64,000 bases of DNA. It comes from Calcarisporiella thermophila CBS 279.70 (Eukaryota; Fungi; Calcarisporiellomycota). The stretch spans positions 462,900 through 526,899 of the forward strand of contig NW_027192205.1 in the NCBI RefSeq assembly GCF_041956535.1. The letters run 5' to 3'. Position numbers and translations under genes: made by a program. The notes below the pieces were generated by a model. It worked only from the letters and a program-made list of their open reading frames with translations. It did not search any database and was not told where the DNA came from. This document shows positions 11,175 to 23,452 of this stretch, piece by piece (positions within the stretch are counted from its first letter, which is position 1; every line of letters starts with the position of its first letter).

Positions 11175-13222
11175 CTAGGTGGACATTAGAGGCTCCAGCT
11201 CTATCGCTTCGCCTTGTCCTTCCCCTCTAACAGTTTCGGGATTTTTTCTCCTCACGAAAAAATTTGAACTCCTTGGCCTCCTTCTTCCCTTTCTCCATGT
11301 TCACGAGAGACATGATCACCAACGCTAGCAAGAACATCCCAAAAATGAATATCATGCTATATCGTAGCTCGTGTGTCGCTTGTGAGATAACCCCAATGAC
11401 GAGTGGGCCTAGCCAGGAGGACCCTTTGTCGGTGATTTCATAGAGGGCAAAAAACTCATTTTCATAACCCGATGGGATCAGCTAGCAAGGAAACTAATTA
11501 GTCAATGCGGGGCTCAAGCCAGGAGCTTCCATATTCAAGACGAAACAGTGGAGGGGGGATCCATACCTCTGCAAACAAAACTCGAATGTACGACTGGCTG
11601 GCGCCCAGCAAAAGCCCATGAACCCCCGCGACCACATATAGCTCGGGGATGCTTTTTAGTCCAATGGGCAGCGCGAACCCAAGCAGCCCGTACACGGGCA
11701 CTAGCAGATAGAGAAACATGAGGATCATCATCATCGACTTCGTGCGCAGCTTGGTTTTCCTCTGGATAAAGAGCCAGAAGTAATTGCCAAGCATTGCAAC
11801 AAAAGGAATTTCCAGCGCGGCAATAAGGAGCTTAAGAAGACAGAAATCAAAAAGAATTAGGTGATGGCTATCGGTATTGGCTAGATATCAAGGAGATAGC
11901 TACCTGAAGCTGAGTCATTCCGATGGATTTTTTGCCAAAAAAGACGGCAATCGTCACGATCGTGTTGAGAGCATCACTGAACAGGAACCAGGTAATGAGC
12001 AGTTTAAAGGTTTCGGACAACATCTTGGCGTGTCTGAAGGTTTCGAATGCTATTCAACGACATGAAAACATTACATGTCAGACATGCAGTCTTTCATCCA
12101 CAACTCAAAAATGAACTGTACTCTTCTTCCATGAATAGACCACAAAATTCGTGTCTCGTGGAAGCGGAGGTCCCGGCCGGGGTTTCAACCACAGAAGAGT
12201 GAACGTCATGAATCCTGCCCACCAGACCCCCGTTAGAGCAGTTGCGATCTGCATACTGTAGATGGTTTGTCCAGTGACATAGACCAGAATGGCTGCCAGT
12301 AACAGCATAATGACTCCGCCCAGATATCCCAGGGCAAATCCGACTCCTGAGATCTTATTGCAAACTGAATCGCTAATGGCGTTCACTTCGGTCTCGCTGA
12401 GCTCTCCCTCACGGCGTGCTGAAACGACGTCGGGATGGTGGCGAGTCAGGATCGGGAGAAATGCGTACCAGAAGACAATGGAGGCGCCATAGAAGACACC
12501 ACTAATTATGGTTAGGGCGGCGGCGAGTGGATAAAGCGATGGGGAGCGCACAGCAAGGAAAAGAACGAGCGAGGCCGCTCCCAGATACGAAAAAATAAGG
12601 AGGAATTTTTTGCGAAAATCTGTATCATTGAAGAGACAGAGGTTGAGGAGGATGGACACAAGCCCCATAGAATGGGAGATACGTACTTCCGTGGTCCGCC
12701 AATGCTCCAAGACTTATGTAAACGAATAATTGAATGATGGAAGATATAACAGTGATATAAAGTGCGAACGACGTAGAGTCGACCAGTCCGCTCCCGAAAT
12801 AAGTTAGGCACTTGTAATCCGGTTTTGTCTACAATGACGCGAGCAAAAAAGCATCAGAATTAAGAGGTCCGAGAAAAAGGAAAATAAGCGGTGCCAATTA
12901 CGGTATCACACGGGGTCTTCCCGTCAGACAGCTCGACTCCAGCAGCACTTGAGAGAGTTTCCAAGATAATTCCTTGAAACACCGCGCTAAACACGACGTA
13001 GAACGGCTCATTGGCAAATCCGCACATATACCATCTTTGAGGGAAATGAGCTCAAGATCAGAATTCATCCATTTGCATGCAAGCAAATAAAATAAGCTAC
13101 CCCCAGAGCTCACGCTTGGTGGTTATGGGCTCTTCGAAATCTTTTGTCAGAAGACCTAAATCATGTTCATCGTCAATCTGCTTATCTAACTGAAGATTTC
13201 CTGTCTCCTTGTTTTCTTGCAT
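11175..13222 (-). CDS. ATG22: Atg22-like vacuolar amino-acid efflux MFS transporter
   Basis: TTKRELWG|WY...FANE, SLGALADHG...RKKFL, ISGVGFALGYLGG, LWLKPRPGPPLP, FLLSD, LIPSGYENEFFALYEITDKGSSWLGP; about seven exons. Confidence 0.92.
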
Positions 13223-13653
13223 GGCCGCTTGTTTATGCGATGTCAATGTACTGAGCGTCAAGCTACCAAGGAAGAAAGGGCTTGAATTTTTTTTTTGGAG
13301 TATTTTGAGTGTCAAGCATATTTAGAGTTGAATTAATTGTGCCAGTCGATTGGATATCAAGGATAGCCCCAAAAGAATAGTGGAAGTCAGCCGAATGGTT
13401 TTGACCAGGTATTAAAGCTCCGGGTGTCACCAAATAGAAACCGAAATAGAACCCGCCAAAGCATTGTGGAGAATCTCCTAAGTGCTTGAGCAGCAGACCT
13501 ATCCTGCTTTTGATAAAAGGTGTGCAAGCGACTAGTAATTTATTTATTCAAATGCAACAGGACAGTGGTAAATTCAATAATGGATACAATAGAGAGGCAT
13601 GCTTCAGTACACTCCGAGACGTTGAAATATAGATAGACTGTCGTGAATTGGCA

Positions 13654-15655
13654 CTAATATTCATACCCCTCAATGAATCTGGTAATCATATCTAGAGCAT
13701 TTTCCTATAAAGAATAGATGGATATTAGCATCAAACTTTAAAGAATACATCTCATGGATGATATGGTCCTATACCGGTTGGTCCAAGGGTGCATAATGGC
13801 CAGCGCACAGGATGATAACTCGTTCCAATTTCCCACCTTTTGCCGCGTATCCGGCCAGGTTTCCGTTTGGTCCGATCCATAACTTCCGTGCTGCATCAGT
13901 ACGTTTATATTCCTCTGCTCCGTCGTGCTTCAGGGCACGGATCCAGTCAGTATTTGAGGCGACGCCGTCGCGGTAGTCGAATGCGCCCTGGTAGAGCAAT
14001 ACCTTGTAGTGATTACTCTGAAGTAGCAGCTCCACATACCTGGCAGCGGATTTACATATATCAAATCGCATCTCCTCCTTTACAGCGTTATCGGATCCAA
14101 AGGATTTTTTCCCCCCCTCCAAGTGGAGAAGCTGAAGGGTTTCAGGCTTTTTCAAAAAGGCAAGCATGGGACGCTTATTAATTTGATCCACCCTCCGCAC
14201 ATCATACCAGTTGACATTCCCCGTCGCGTTGGCAAACACCCCAAACATTTTGTTGCGTGCATTGCGTGCCGCGAGGAAGTCTTGGGCTTGGATATGCGAA
14301 ACTACCTGGTCTGTGAGGCTTTGGATTAGATCTCGTTGTTCGGGGGAAACGAGTCCTTTAGTTTAATTAAGAAAGGAGGTCAGCATTATAATAAAAATAG
14401 ACCCAAGAAGAATCAATGAATGAGCGAGGAGGTACCCAGATAATAAGCATGAGGGCCATGGGTCGGCACTTGCGTCAATGGATCGGTCAAACCATTGCCG
14501 ACTGCGAGGCCTGCCAGCGGGATCAAGTGTTCTTGAGGCCCGTTACCTACTCATTCCAGAGAAGGGTCAATGTCGTCCTCATAGCCGTTGATTCAAGGCA
14601 AATCAGCTTCTTACTTGATTTGATCTGCTCATTCCGCCGATGAATAGCATAAGAAAAAGAAGGGACATACTTGCCACCATAGCTCTCGCCTATACCATGT
14701 GTTAGCTACGAGTTAGCCGCATCCATTCCCTTGCTTGGTTGAAGAGCTGGACCCACCTGTTATATAAAGAGGCCTGCTCCGTTGTTCTGGATGCAACTCA
14801 TAGAACTTGTCCATGAAAACGAGCAGATCGTTGGCGACCGCCTCTTGGTTCATAACATACCCCTCTTTAGAGTACTCTGGCTGTCCGAATTCATCATCAG
14901 TGAGAGCGTGCTTATAATCCGTGGTGAAGTTTTCGTTCAAGCTACCAAGTGATTTATTTAGGTATGAGTAGCCTAAATTTTACGGTAGTTAAAGTTAAGG
15001 AAGAAGAGAGGTTGCAAAATAGCAAAGTCGTACCTGTTCCCACAGGCTGATCTATAAATAGCATAGAATAATGCCTGCTCCATGTGCTGTTACGACGGTG
15101 AAGAAGCACATTGTGGTCCACCCATAAAGGGCCATTCTGTATACAAACGGGTCAAATTTTTGCTTGAAGAATAACTTACTCCATGAAATACCTCTAAAAA
15201 CAAGCCAGTCATGGAAGAAGAGCCTGGGCCGCCTTGGAGCCATCTGCACAACAAAAAAAAAGAGTTGGAGTTAACGAAATGAGGCGGTTAAGGGTGATTC
15301 CAAGCATGAAAACACGTACATGATGAGAGGAGAGTCCTGTTTTTTGGGTTCTTCAGCAGGAAAGAACCAGTAAAACCTATATGCAGTAGAGATTGTCAGA
15401 TGCACCTTTGCCCCCACAACCCAATATTACTTACAATGAGGCAAAATTCGTTGTATTTTCGGCTTTCCATTCCCGCACTTTTATATACCCAGCATAGCTC
15501 TCAGGCTCGGCTTCTCCATTAGCCATAGGAAGGCCAGTCACTTTATCCCGGGGTTGTAGAGCGTCGGGATGGAACCGTGCAAACGAGATTCGTTGGGGGA
15601 ACGCGAGGAGAAAGAGAAGGCTGAAGATAAGGAAAGACAAGGCTATGCGTCTCAT
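13654..15655 (-). CDS. Serine carboxypeptidase, peptidase S10 family (secreted/vacuolar)
   Basis: Signal peptide MRRIALSFLIFSLLFLLA. Motifs SYAGYI, FYWFF, WLQGGPGSSSM, FIDQPVGTGYSY, ITGESYGGKYVP (catalytic Ser), GLAVGNGLTDP, VLLYQGAFD and AGHYAPLDQP (catalytic His). Confidence 0.95.
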
Positions 15656-16284
15656 CTTGGAATCATGAAATTGCTTCGAATGGGGAGAGGAAAGAGGAAG
15701 CTTTTCAGAGTCTATTCGGTGTTTGTACATGAGCATATTTTCGCTTGCTTGGCCCTGGGTTTAATACTGCTCTTTAGTGCTGCACACTGAATGGTCAGAC
15801 GATTAGTGTGGCAAAACAAGATTAAATTCATGATGCGGCTTAGATTGTGTAGAGTGACTGGCATGGGGAGGGTGCATTATATCATGTGCTGATGGGTTAT
15901 CAGATGATCTGAAAGAACATATTGTCTCCTCGAAACGATATGTAGAATGGACGTAGTCTTTCAACAATACTACACATCTACTTTTGCGTTGACATGTCGA
16001 TGGAAGTAGTTGCTTAATAATATTTTGATAGCCATCTACTCCGTGAAGCTATGTGCCTGCTTAGAGGGAAGAAGGTGTTTGGAGGTAGTGTAATAATTTA
16101 GAAAAATATAGATCGCAGGGCGTAAATTAGTATCTTCAATGTATGGATTCAAGATCAAAAAGTTGCGTGTATGTCTTCATACTTGTCCGTTTTGGCAGGT
16201 GAGGACATAACGGCGAAAATGGAAATGCTTATTTATTGCACTGGACTTTGCGCTGAGAGAGAAATTGGATTTCCAAGAAAGCTG

Positions 16285-16301
16285 ACGCGTCGTTGACGCG
16301 T
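16285..16301. promoter_or_regulatory. Two ACGCGT (MCB-like) boxes
   Basis: TGACGCGT occurs twice 11 bp apart, about 135-150 bp upstream of the ECM29 ATG. Function is inferred only. Confidence 0.3.
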
Positions 16302-16434
16302 GCAGCGAAATTACTAAAGACTCTTCCCCGGTCACAATTTTTGATTCCGATATAATTGCTCGAATTTTTAGTTATCTCTAGATACTCTCCCTTTTTTATT
16401 ATTATTATACTTCACTGTCGGATTTTAGATTATA

Positions 16435-19400
16435 ATGGCCGAAAGAATATTAGGTAAAGTCTTTATTTATATGGACTTTGTTTATGAAAAAGTATTTATG
16501 AACTCCTGGATGCGCTTCTTTGGAATTATATACCGGATTTTAGAACTGCTCGACAATGTAGAGTTACGAATAGCGCTTGCCGATTCCGATGAACAATTTG
16601 AGAAGGCATTAGGTACTTATCTCTGTCCGGTGTTGCGAGAACTAAGGCGCCCAGAAGAATCTGTACGACGTAAATCACTAGAGATTCTATCCCACATTGG
16701 AAAAAGAGTTCGATCTCGCCAGGCAGTAAAACTGCCAGTTGAAGAATTAGTTGCTCTGATAAGCGATAGCACCATGCCTGCAGTGGTGGGAAATGTGGCA
16801 ATGATGTACTTGGGGATGGGTTTTGAGAGAATAAGTGTGGAGGTATATATCATTTGCTCCCGAAAATATGGTGATGGCAAACTAATGTTAATTCATAGGA
16901 CCGTCTGGACTATCTTCCAAAATTAGTTGCTAATATTGCTGAGCGGCCAGCACATCAACAGACATCTCTGCTTCGTATAGTGCTTCCGGTATACACTCAT
17001 TACATAAAAGAAGGCGTCCATATGAATAATAATCGTTCCATTATATAGGTTTTAAAAGAAATTAAACGAGATCCCATTGTTCCCTCACCAGACCCATACA
17101 ACTTTACAGAGAAACCAGAGGACGCTGTGTGTCTCTTAGGCATCTTTACTGAGGTGATGCTCTACCATCCGCCTGCTCCAGAACGAAAGTCCACTCCTGG
17201 CGAGTCAAGGTATTTTCCTATTGATTTCTTCCGAAATGAAACCAACTCAATGTCCCCTATCAATAGCGCAGAGAAAAAACCTCACATACCGTCCGGTATG
17301 AGTCCTAATTCAGTCAAATCCATTACCGATGATGGAAAAGCAAGCTGGACAACAAACATTCAAGAGCTGAGGTCAATCAAGGTTGGTGAAAAGTGTCAGC
17401 TCACTTAAACCCTAAACATTACTGATCTTTCAAAGGATAGCTTGGAATTCTACGTTTTATCAGCAATTCTTCTCTACTTCCTGATGATCTTCCCGATTCG
17501 GTTATAATCAAACGCTTTTGTATCCTTCTTATTGGAGCCTGTGACCCTTCACACGAAGTTTTAGATTTAGCTGAAGACGGCTTAAAGCGATTAAAAAAGC
17601 CGGACTTGGAGGACAAAAAGGTTCTTATTTTCCTCTCTAAAAGAGTAGTTGCTTTATATCTAACAAAAATACATGGATATGCTATATGGGTAGACTGTGG
17701 AAGAACTGTATAAACTGTATCAAGGCTCTCTCTTCGGGAAACCGAATCCACAAGGTTAACGAGGATTTTTTTTTTTCGGATTGTATTGAATGCTCACTTT
17801 AACCTCGCTCTCATTTTCGGTCACATTTAGCGGCCCAATCCATTCCGGCTTCGGTTTTTAGAACTCCTGCCTCTCCACCACTTAAACATCGCATTCTAAT
17901 GTATCTTTCAAAATCACGCACCGCCACCAACACTATGCCCGCCATGGTTCAGGTCGCATTCGATTGCCTGTATGGCGCGGAAACTACACCAAAACTCAGA
18001 AACCAAGGGATGCACTTTGTACAATGGTCTGCTCGAATGGCCAATTCCGAGATTATCAGACCAATTGCCAACGTTCTGGTGTCAGGAATGCTCAAGTTTA
18101 TTGAGGAACAGCGGGAGATGACTGGTAATGACGCCGAGACTTTACGAGGGTTTGGATATGTGGCCATTGGGCTCATTACCAAGAGAGGTATGTCAAATGG
18201 TCACCGTGGATAGTTGTCTATTTCGATAGAGCCAATGATTTAAGCCCCCTTATTTTTGTAAATATTTTAGTACCAGATATGTTCCGAACTGATATTCCTC
18301 TTCTCTCGAATCTCTTTTCATCCGTCTCGACCGAAACTGCCAATGTGCGAGTCTCTGTGCAAGAGGCCCTTTCTCTCATGATAGATGTATATAAAGATTT
18401 TACAGAGCAGGTTAGCCAAGAAGACATAAGTCAGGTGGAATCCATACTGGAGGATAATATCGACAAAGTAAGTGTTCAATTCCAGAGCAATATGCCGTGC
18501 AACCAATAGCTATTTTTCATGACTAATCTTTTATTGGTTCAAAAGAACGTCCATCAAGCACGATATTCTGCCGTTAAATATGCCACCTCCTTATTCCCTT
18601 TCACACATTCTATGGCACGATACCTCTGTCTATTAGCTTCGGCAGATGAAAAGCTTGAGGTTCGCGAGCTAGCATTAGAAGGACTCTCTTTCCCTGCGGT
18701 GGTCAACGAGCAGACCATCCCCAACTTCGAAGAACTTGTCTCATTGATACGGTCGAAATCCCCCACTCGATTGGAACGGATATCGGAGCTCTTACAACAA
18801 CGCCCATCGATGGGAAGGAAATATGTGATGGGATATGAATCGGGTGTGATGCGGAACATTTTAGTGTTCTTATGGAAATTGATCGTGGCAAATGCTGACG
18901 CAAGAGCCTTTATGGACGCTGGAAGTGGCGAGATTGAGAGTTCCGGTAGGAGACGCGAAGAGCTGGAGTGGTTGGAGCTGGTACCTCGATCGCGACCACA
19001 TGTGAAATTATGGATTGCCAGGAGATGGATGCAGGAGGATGGAGGGGGCATAAAAAGCTTCTTGGAGCTAGTTGATAAGGCACTTATGGCTGAACACGCC
19101 GGGGATTTTCTACAAAGTGTGTCTGCAGGGTGTCTGTTAGAGCTGATGTCACTTGGACCCGAGGGGGTGTGTGAACGCTACTTTGGACAGGTGGACTGGT
19201 TCAAGGTAAAGCTTTATTCTTCATCCGAGGTGGCAGCTCAGACTAATCAATACTCCTGACGGTTAGTCTCGACTAAACTCAACAAAGCAGGAGGCACGGC
19301 ATTTTATGTCTCATATACTTGGTCTGGTTGCTACCAGTCAACTCCCTCAGAATTCGGCTCGCATCAATGCTTTAGAAGCTCTCCTGCGGGAGTTATTCGA

Positions 19401-22400
19401 CCTCCTTACTAGCCCTTCTACCGCCCGTGCAACGGAACACCGACACGGTGCCACCCTAGCAATGGGTTTCTTAATTGGTCGCCTCACCTATCGCTATCCC
19501 AATGAGCAGTTTGTTCCACGGGAATTATTAGAAAACATCGTCCAACAATTCAGTCAACTTTTAGGCTCCAGCATGAATATGCTCGTCAGTGCAGCTTGTA
19601 TTGCGTTGGCTGAAGCAGGCCGATATGGTCCCCTCCCGCAACCTGATGGCGACGCAAACAGGGAACGAATAGTGGATCCACTGATAGGGCTGGTCAAAAG
19701 GGCAAGAGACTCCAAAGTGCAAGAGCATGCTCTCATTGCACTAGGCCACATCGCAGTCGGCGATTCATCCTTCACCTCAAAAGTATTAGAGCTTATCTAC
19801 TCTCTGCCATCCCTCGTCTCAAAGCAGGTCGAGGTACTCTTTACAGCGGGGGAGATACTTGCTTGCGTTGCTGCTGGTTGGAAATGCTCCAATATGGAAG
19901 CCCATCTGGACGTTTCTGGAGCACCCAATCCTGCTGATAGAGTCGGAAGAGAGAAAGGAGACGAGGTGATGGAAGAGGTGATGCATAAACTATTGAACGA
20001 GATGCTGCCTACGAATAGCCCGGCCTCTAGGAAAGCTGTGTGTGTATGGCTGTTAGGACTTGTGCGGTTGTGCGATACCCACCCGATAATGCGAAAGGAA
20101 TTGATCCGAATCCATGAGGCATTTACAATATTGCTCGGGAATAAGGATGGTAAATGACACATTTTTTTTGAATCGAGAAAGTCACGAGTGTACATCTGCA
20201 TTAACATGATGGCTATTATTTCGCAGACTTTGTGCAAGAGGCCGCCTCAAAGGGCATCGGACTTGTGTATGAGTTGGGTGATGCCACTGTCCGTAAGCAT
20301 ATGGTTGATTCTCTCGCAGGGATTCTCGGTGACCGTGCAAACAGAAAAACGACCGCGCTTTCTGGCGTTACTCCTGACACCGAACTCTTCGATGCCTCCA
20401 CGCTTGGCTCCGCACCCGACGGCTCCTCATTAACAACCTATCGCTCCCTCCTCTCACTGGCCTCCGACATGAACCAGCCCGAGCTGGTAGTTAAGTTTAT
20501 GCAACTTGCAAATCACAATGCCCTCTGGCAATCACGCGCGGGTGCCGCATTTGGGGTGACCGCTATCGTGGCGCAGGCTGAAGAGGAGCTGCGGCCCTAT
20601 CTGGCAGATTTAATCCCGCGACTATACAGGTATCAGTACGATCCAGACCCTAAAGTGAACGCCGCCATGACCAACATTTGGCGGGTACTAGTGAAAGAGC
20701 CGAAAAAGGCGGTCGATGAGCATTTCGAAGCAATTATGCGGGGCCTCCTTGAGGGAATGGGGTCGAGGGAGTGGAGGGTTAGGGAGTCTTGCTGCTCCGG
20801 AACCACGGATCTTCTCCACGGAAGATCCATGTCGCAGTTGGAACCCTACCTCGAAGACCTATGGAATATGAGCTTCCGGGCCCTGGACGACCAAAAAGAG
20901 TCCGTTCGAACCGCGGCGTTCAAGACTTGTCGCGCGCTCACCAACATGACGGTAAGATTTGCGGACTCGGGTGTATCGAATCCCGCGGATGGCCAGCGGA
21001 TGCTTGGGATTGTCATCCCGTTTTTACTGAAGCGTGGGCTGGTGTCCGATGCGGAGGACGTGCAGCGGTTCAGCTTGAATGTGATAATCAAGCTGTGCAA
21101 ACGTGGCGGAACCGTTCTAAGGCCATGGGTTGGAGAGATCGTTGGCACGCTGTTGGAGGGGATGTCGAGTTTCGAGCCACAGATCATGAGTAAGTTAACC
21201 AGAGGATACAGAGTGTGCCCGATGATGATAGGGCCTAGTGTCTTAACATCCATCATTCTATTAGATTATTTAAGTTTTCACGTGGAACGTTATGACATAT
21301 CGAGAGAACAACTAGAAACCTCAAGACTCACCGCGGCAAAAATGTCTCCTCTTGTAAATATTCCTACAACCTATCTCTATGTTCGAAAATACTCACCCGA
21401 TATTGCATAAATAGATGGAAGGCATCGAGTCTTGTATTGATCTTGTTGACGAAGGCACTATGGTATCCATGCGCGACCATCTTCTCAACGTCATCCGTAA
21501 GGGTATAGGTCTTCCCTCCAAAGCCGCGTGCGCACGGTTCCTCGTTAGCGTGTGTATTCGTCGGCCGGAAGCTGTACGGTCTTCCGCTGACATGCTCCTC
21601 AAAGCAATAAGCGGTGCTATTCTTGATACCTCTCCGGCGGTGAGAAAGTCCTATGCGACCGCAGCGGGCTATGTGGCGCATTTGTGCGGAGATAGATCGA
21701 TTGAGCGATTCATTGCCCACTTGAAAGGCATCTACATTGGTAACGAAGGTAGATACCGCGTATCCATGGTTCAGGGCTGGTTTGTGCTAACGCCTTCTCA
21801 ATAAAAAAAGATGAGCAGTTAAGGTCTATTCCCGGAATTACTGTGCTGGAAATGACCAAGCATGCATCTGATCAACTTAAACGTTTCCAATCTACCCTCC
21901 TGCCCTTTGTCTTTTTCGGGACGCACGATGCGAACGAGAGTATTCAAAGCCACTGGAAGGATGCTTGGGAAGACAGTATCTCTTCTACTTCTGGATCCAT
22001 CAAGCTATATCTTGCTGAAATCATGGATTTCCTCTTTGAACTATTTGATGCTAACTCTTGGATCACTAAGCGCCAGGCCGCGGTTACTCTGGCGGATGTA
22101 GCCGAGATTATTGGGAAGGATATTGCCCCCTATATGGATAGGGTATTGCCAATGTTAGTGAGTAATTTGTCCGGAAGGGTATGGGAGGGGAAAGAGGCCG
22201 TCCTGAGTGCTCTGTGCAATGTTGCTGTCTCTTATCCTGAGTATTTCAAGGACCATCAGGAGAAACTAAACGAGGTTGGAAAGGTAATTGGTATATCATG
22301 CAGAGGGAAGGGGGGGGGGGGGAAGAGGGGAATGTGCAGCTAATAAGTCTGGTTTACTTTTTCTAGGTACTTCTTCGTGAATGTAAGAAGAGAAATCTCA

Positions 22401-23182
22401 AATACAAGCGGCAAGCCATCGACAGCCTCGCTCGTTTTGGTGACACTTTCTCCTCGCCGGCCTATGATCTCTATGCTGAAGCAGCCCCGCTGTTGTTTGA
22501 TATTCTCGATTCCCTCTCAGACGACACAATGGATATCGACGATGAAGCCGACGATACAGAGCGGAAGCCCCTCCTTAATCTCCTGACTACCAACGTGGTG
22601 AAGGCGCTTGGGATGTGTTATACGCGGAAGAGCGACCAACAACGAGAGCATTTGCTGTCGCTGGTGCAGAGGCTAGCGGGGGCGATGAAAGACGGGGTAT
22701 GGATGGTAAGGAGCGGAGTTCTAGAAGCACTGAAGAAGGTGGCGGAGAGAACGGATGAGGCGGTGTTCGATGAGGAAAACACTAGGGAGATAGTCGGGAT
22801 TGTGAAGGATGGGATAGAGGATACAAAGGTTTGAGCCACGCGAGCCAATTACTCTTTGCCAAGACAAGACAGAAGCGCTCACTCTGTTTTATTTATTACT
22901 TTAGTACTCAGCCATCCGCACCTTAGCATTTGAAATACTATGCCTTTTATCGGAACGTGCACAAGGTTAATTACGTGATAAGAGGAATATGCAATATGCA
23001 GCCAAGCCACTAAGCTCTTTTTAATAGGTTCATTAAACCTTAATTTCTCGGCCTTACTCAGCGGCAGCCTAATAGGGGCCTTCCGCATCGCGCAACAGCA
23101 AGGCCCGCGGATCGTAGGGGGTCAGGAGCGGGCTGCCGAGCACATCAAGGCGCTGGAGAAGTTTGGGCCGAAGCATCATTAG
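16435..23182 (+). CDS. ECM29: Proteasome adapter and scaffold protein ECM29 (HEAT repeats)
   Basis: ELLDNVELRIALADSDEQFEKAL...LMYLSKS..ATN...DFVQEAASKGIGLVYELG...TYRSLLSLASDMNQPELVVKFMQLANHNALWQSRAGAAFG...LIPRLYRYQYDP...EWRVRESCC...FRALDDQKESVR. Many short GT-AG introns; the last exon is less certain. Confidence 0.95.
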
Positions 23183-23452
23183 CTGGCTAGACAGCTTGCG
23201 GCCTCTGAGACCTATTTTTGGACCCTGGGTGAGCTTGTGTAAAAATAATTAAGATGTTTGTGCACGAGCACCCGCGAATTCAAAATTTAATGGGTGTAGT
23301 TTCTGTTATTTTTATTATTCTATGGTCTTGTTTCTTGCTCGTTTATTTTTTCATATAACAAAGACATTCTTTAATCCGGATATCCAAGTCCATCAACTGA
23401 TTCATCCTTGCATCCTCTTCCACATTCCCGTCTTCCCTCATCTACTCTCCTG

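Noticed and set aside
14671-14689. Apparent 19-nt micro-exon carrying the carboxypeptidase catalytic GESYGGK
   Set aside because: The following GTATGT is coding (K-YVPSFSYAI), so the exon continues.
15807-15815. TGTGGCAAA as an Rpn4/PACE site for ECM29
   Set aside because: One mismatch to consensus, more than 600 bp from ECM29, and closer to the carboxypeptidase start.
17520-17527. GTATCCTT, a U12-type 5' splice-site look-alike
   Set aside because: It lies inside continuous ECM29 coding sequence (KRFCILLIGACD), and no intron is needed there.
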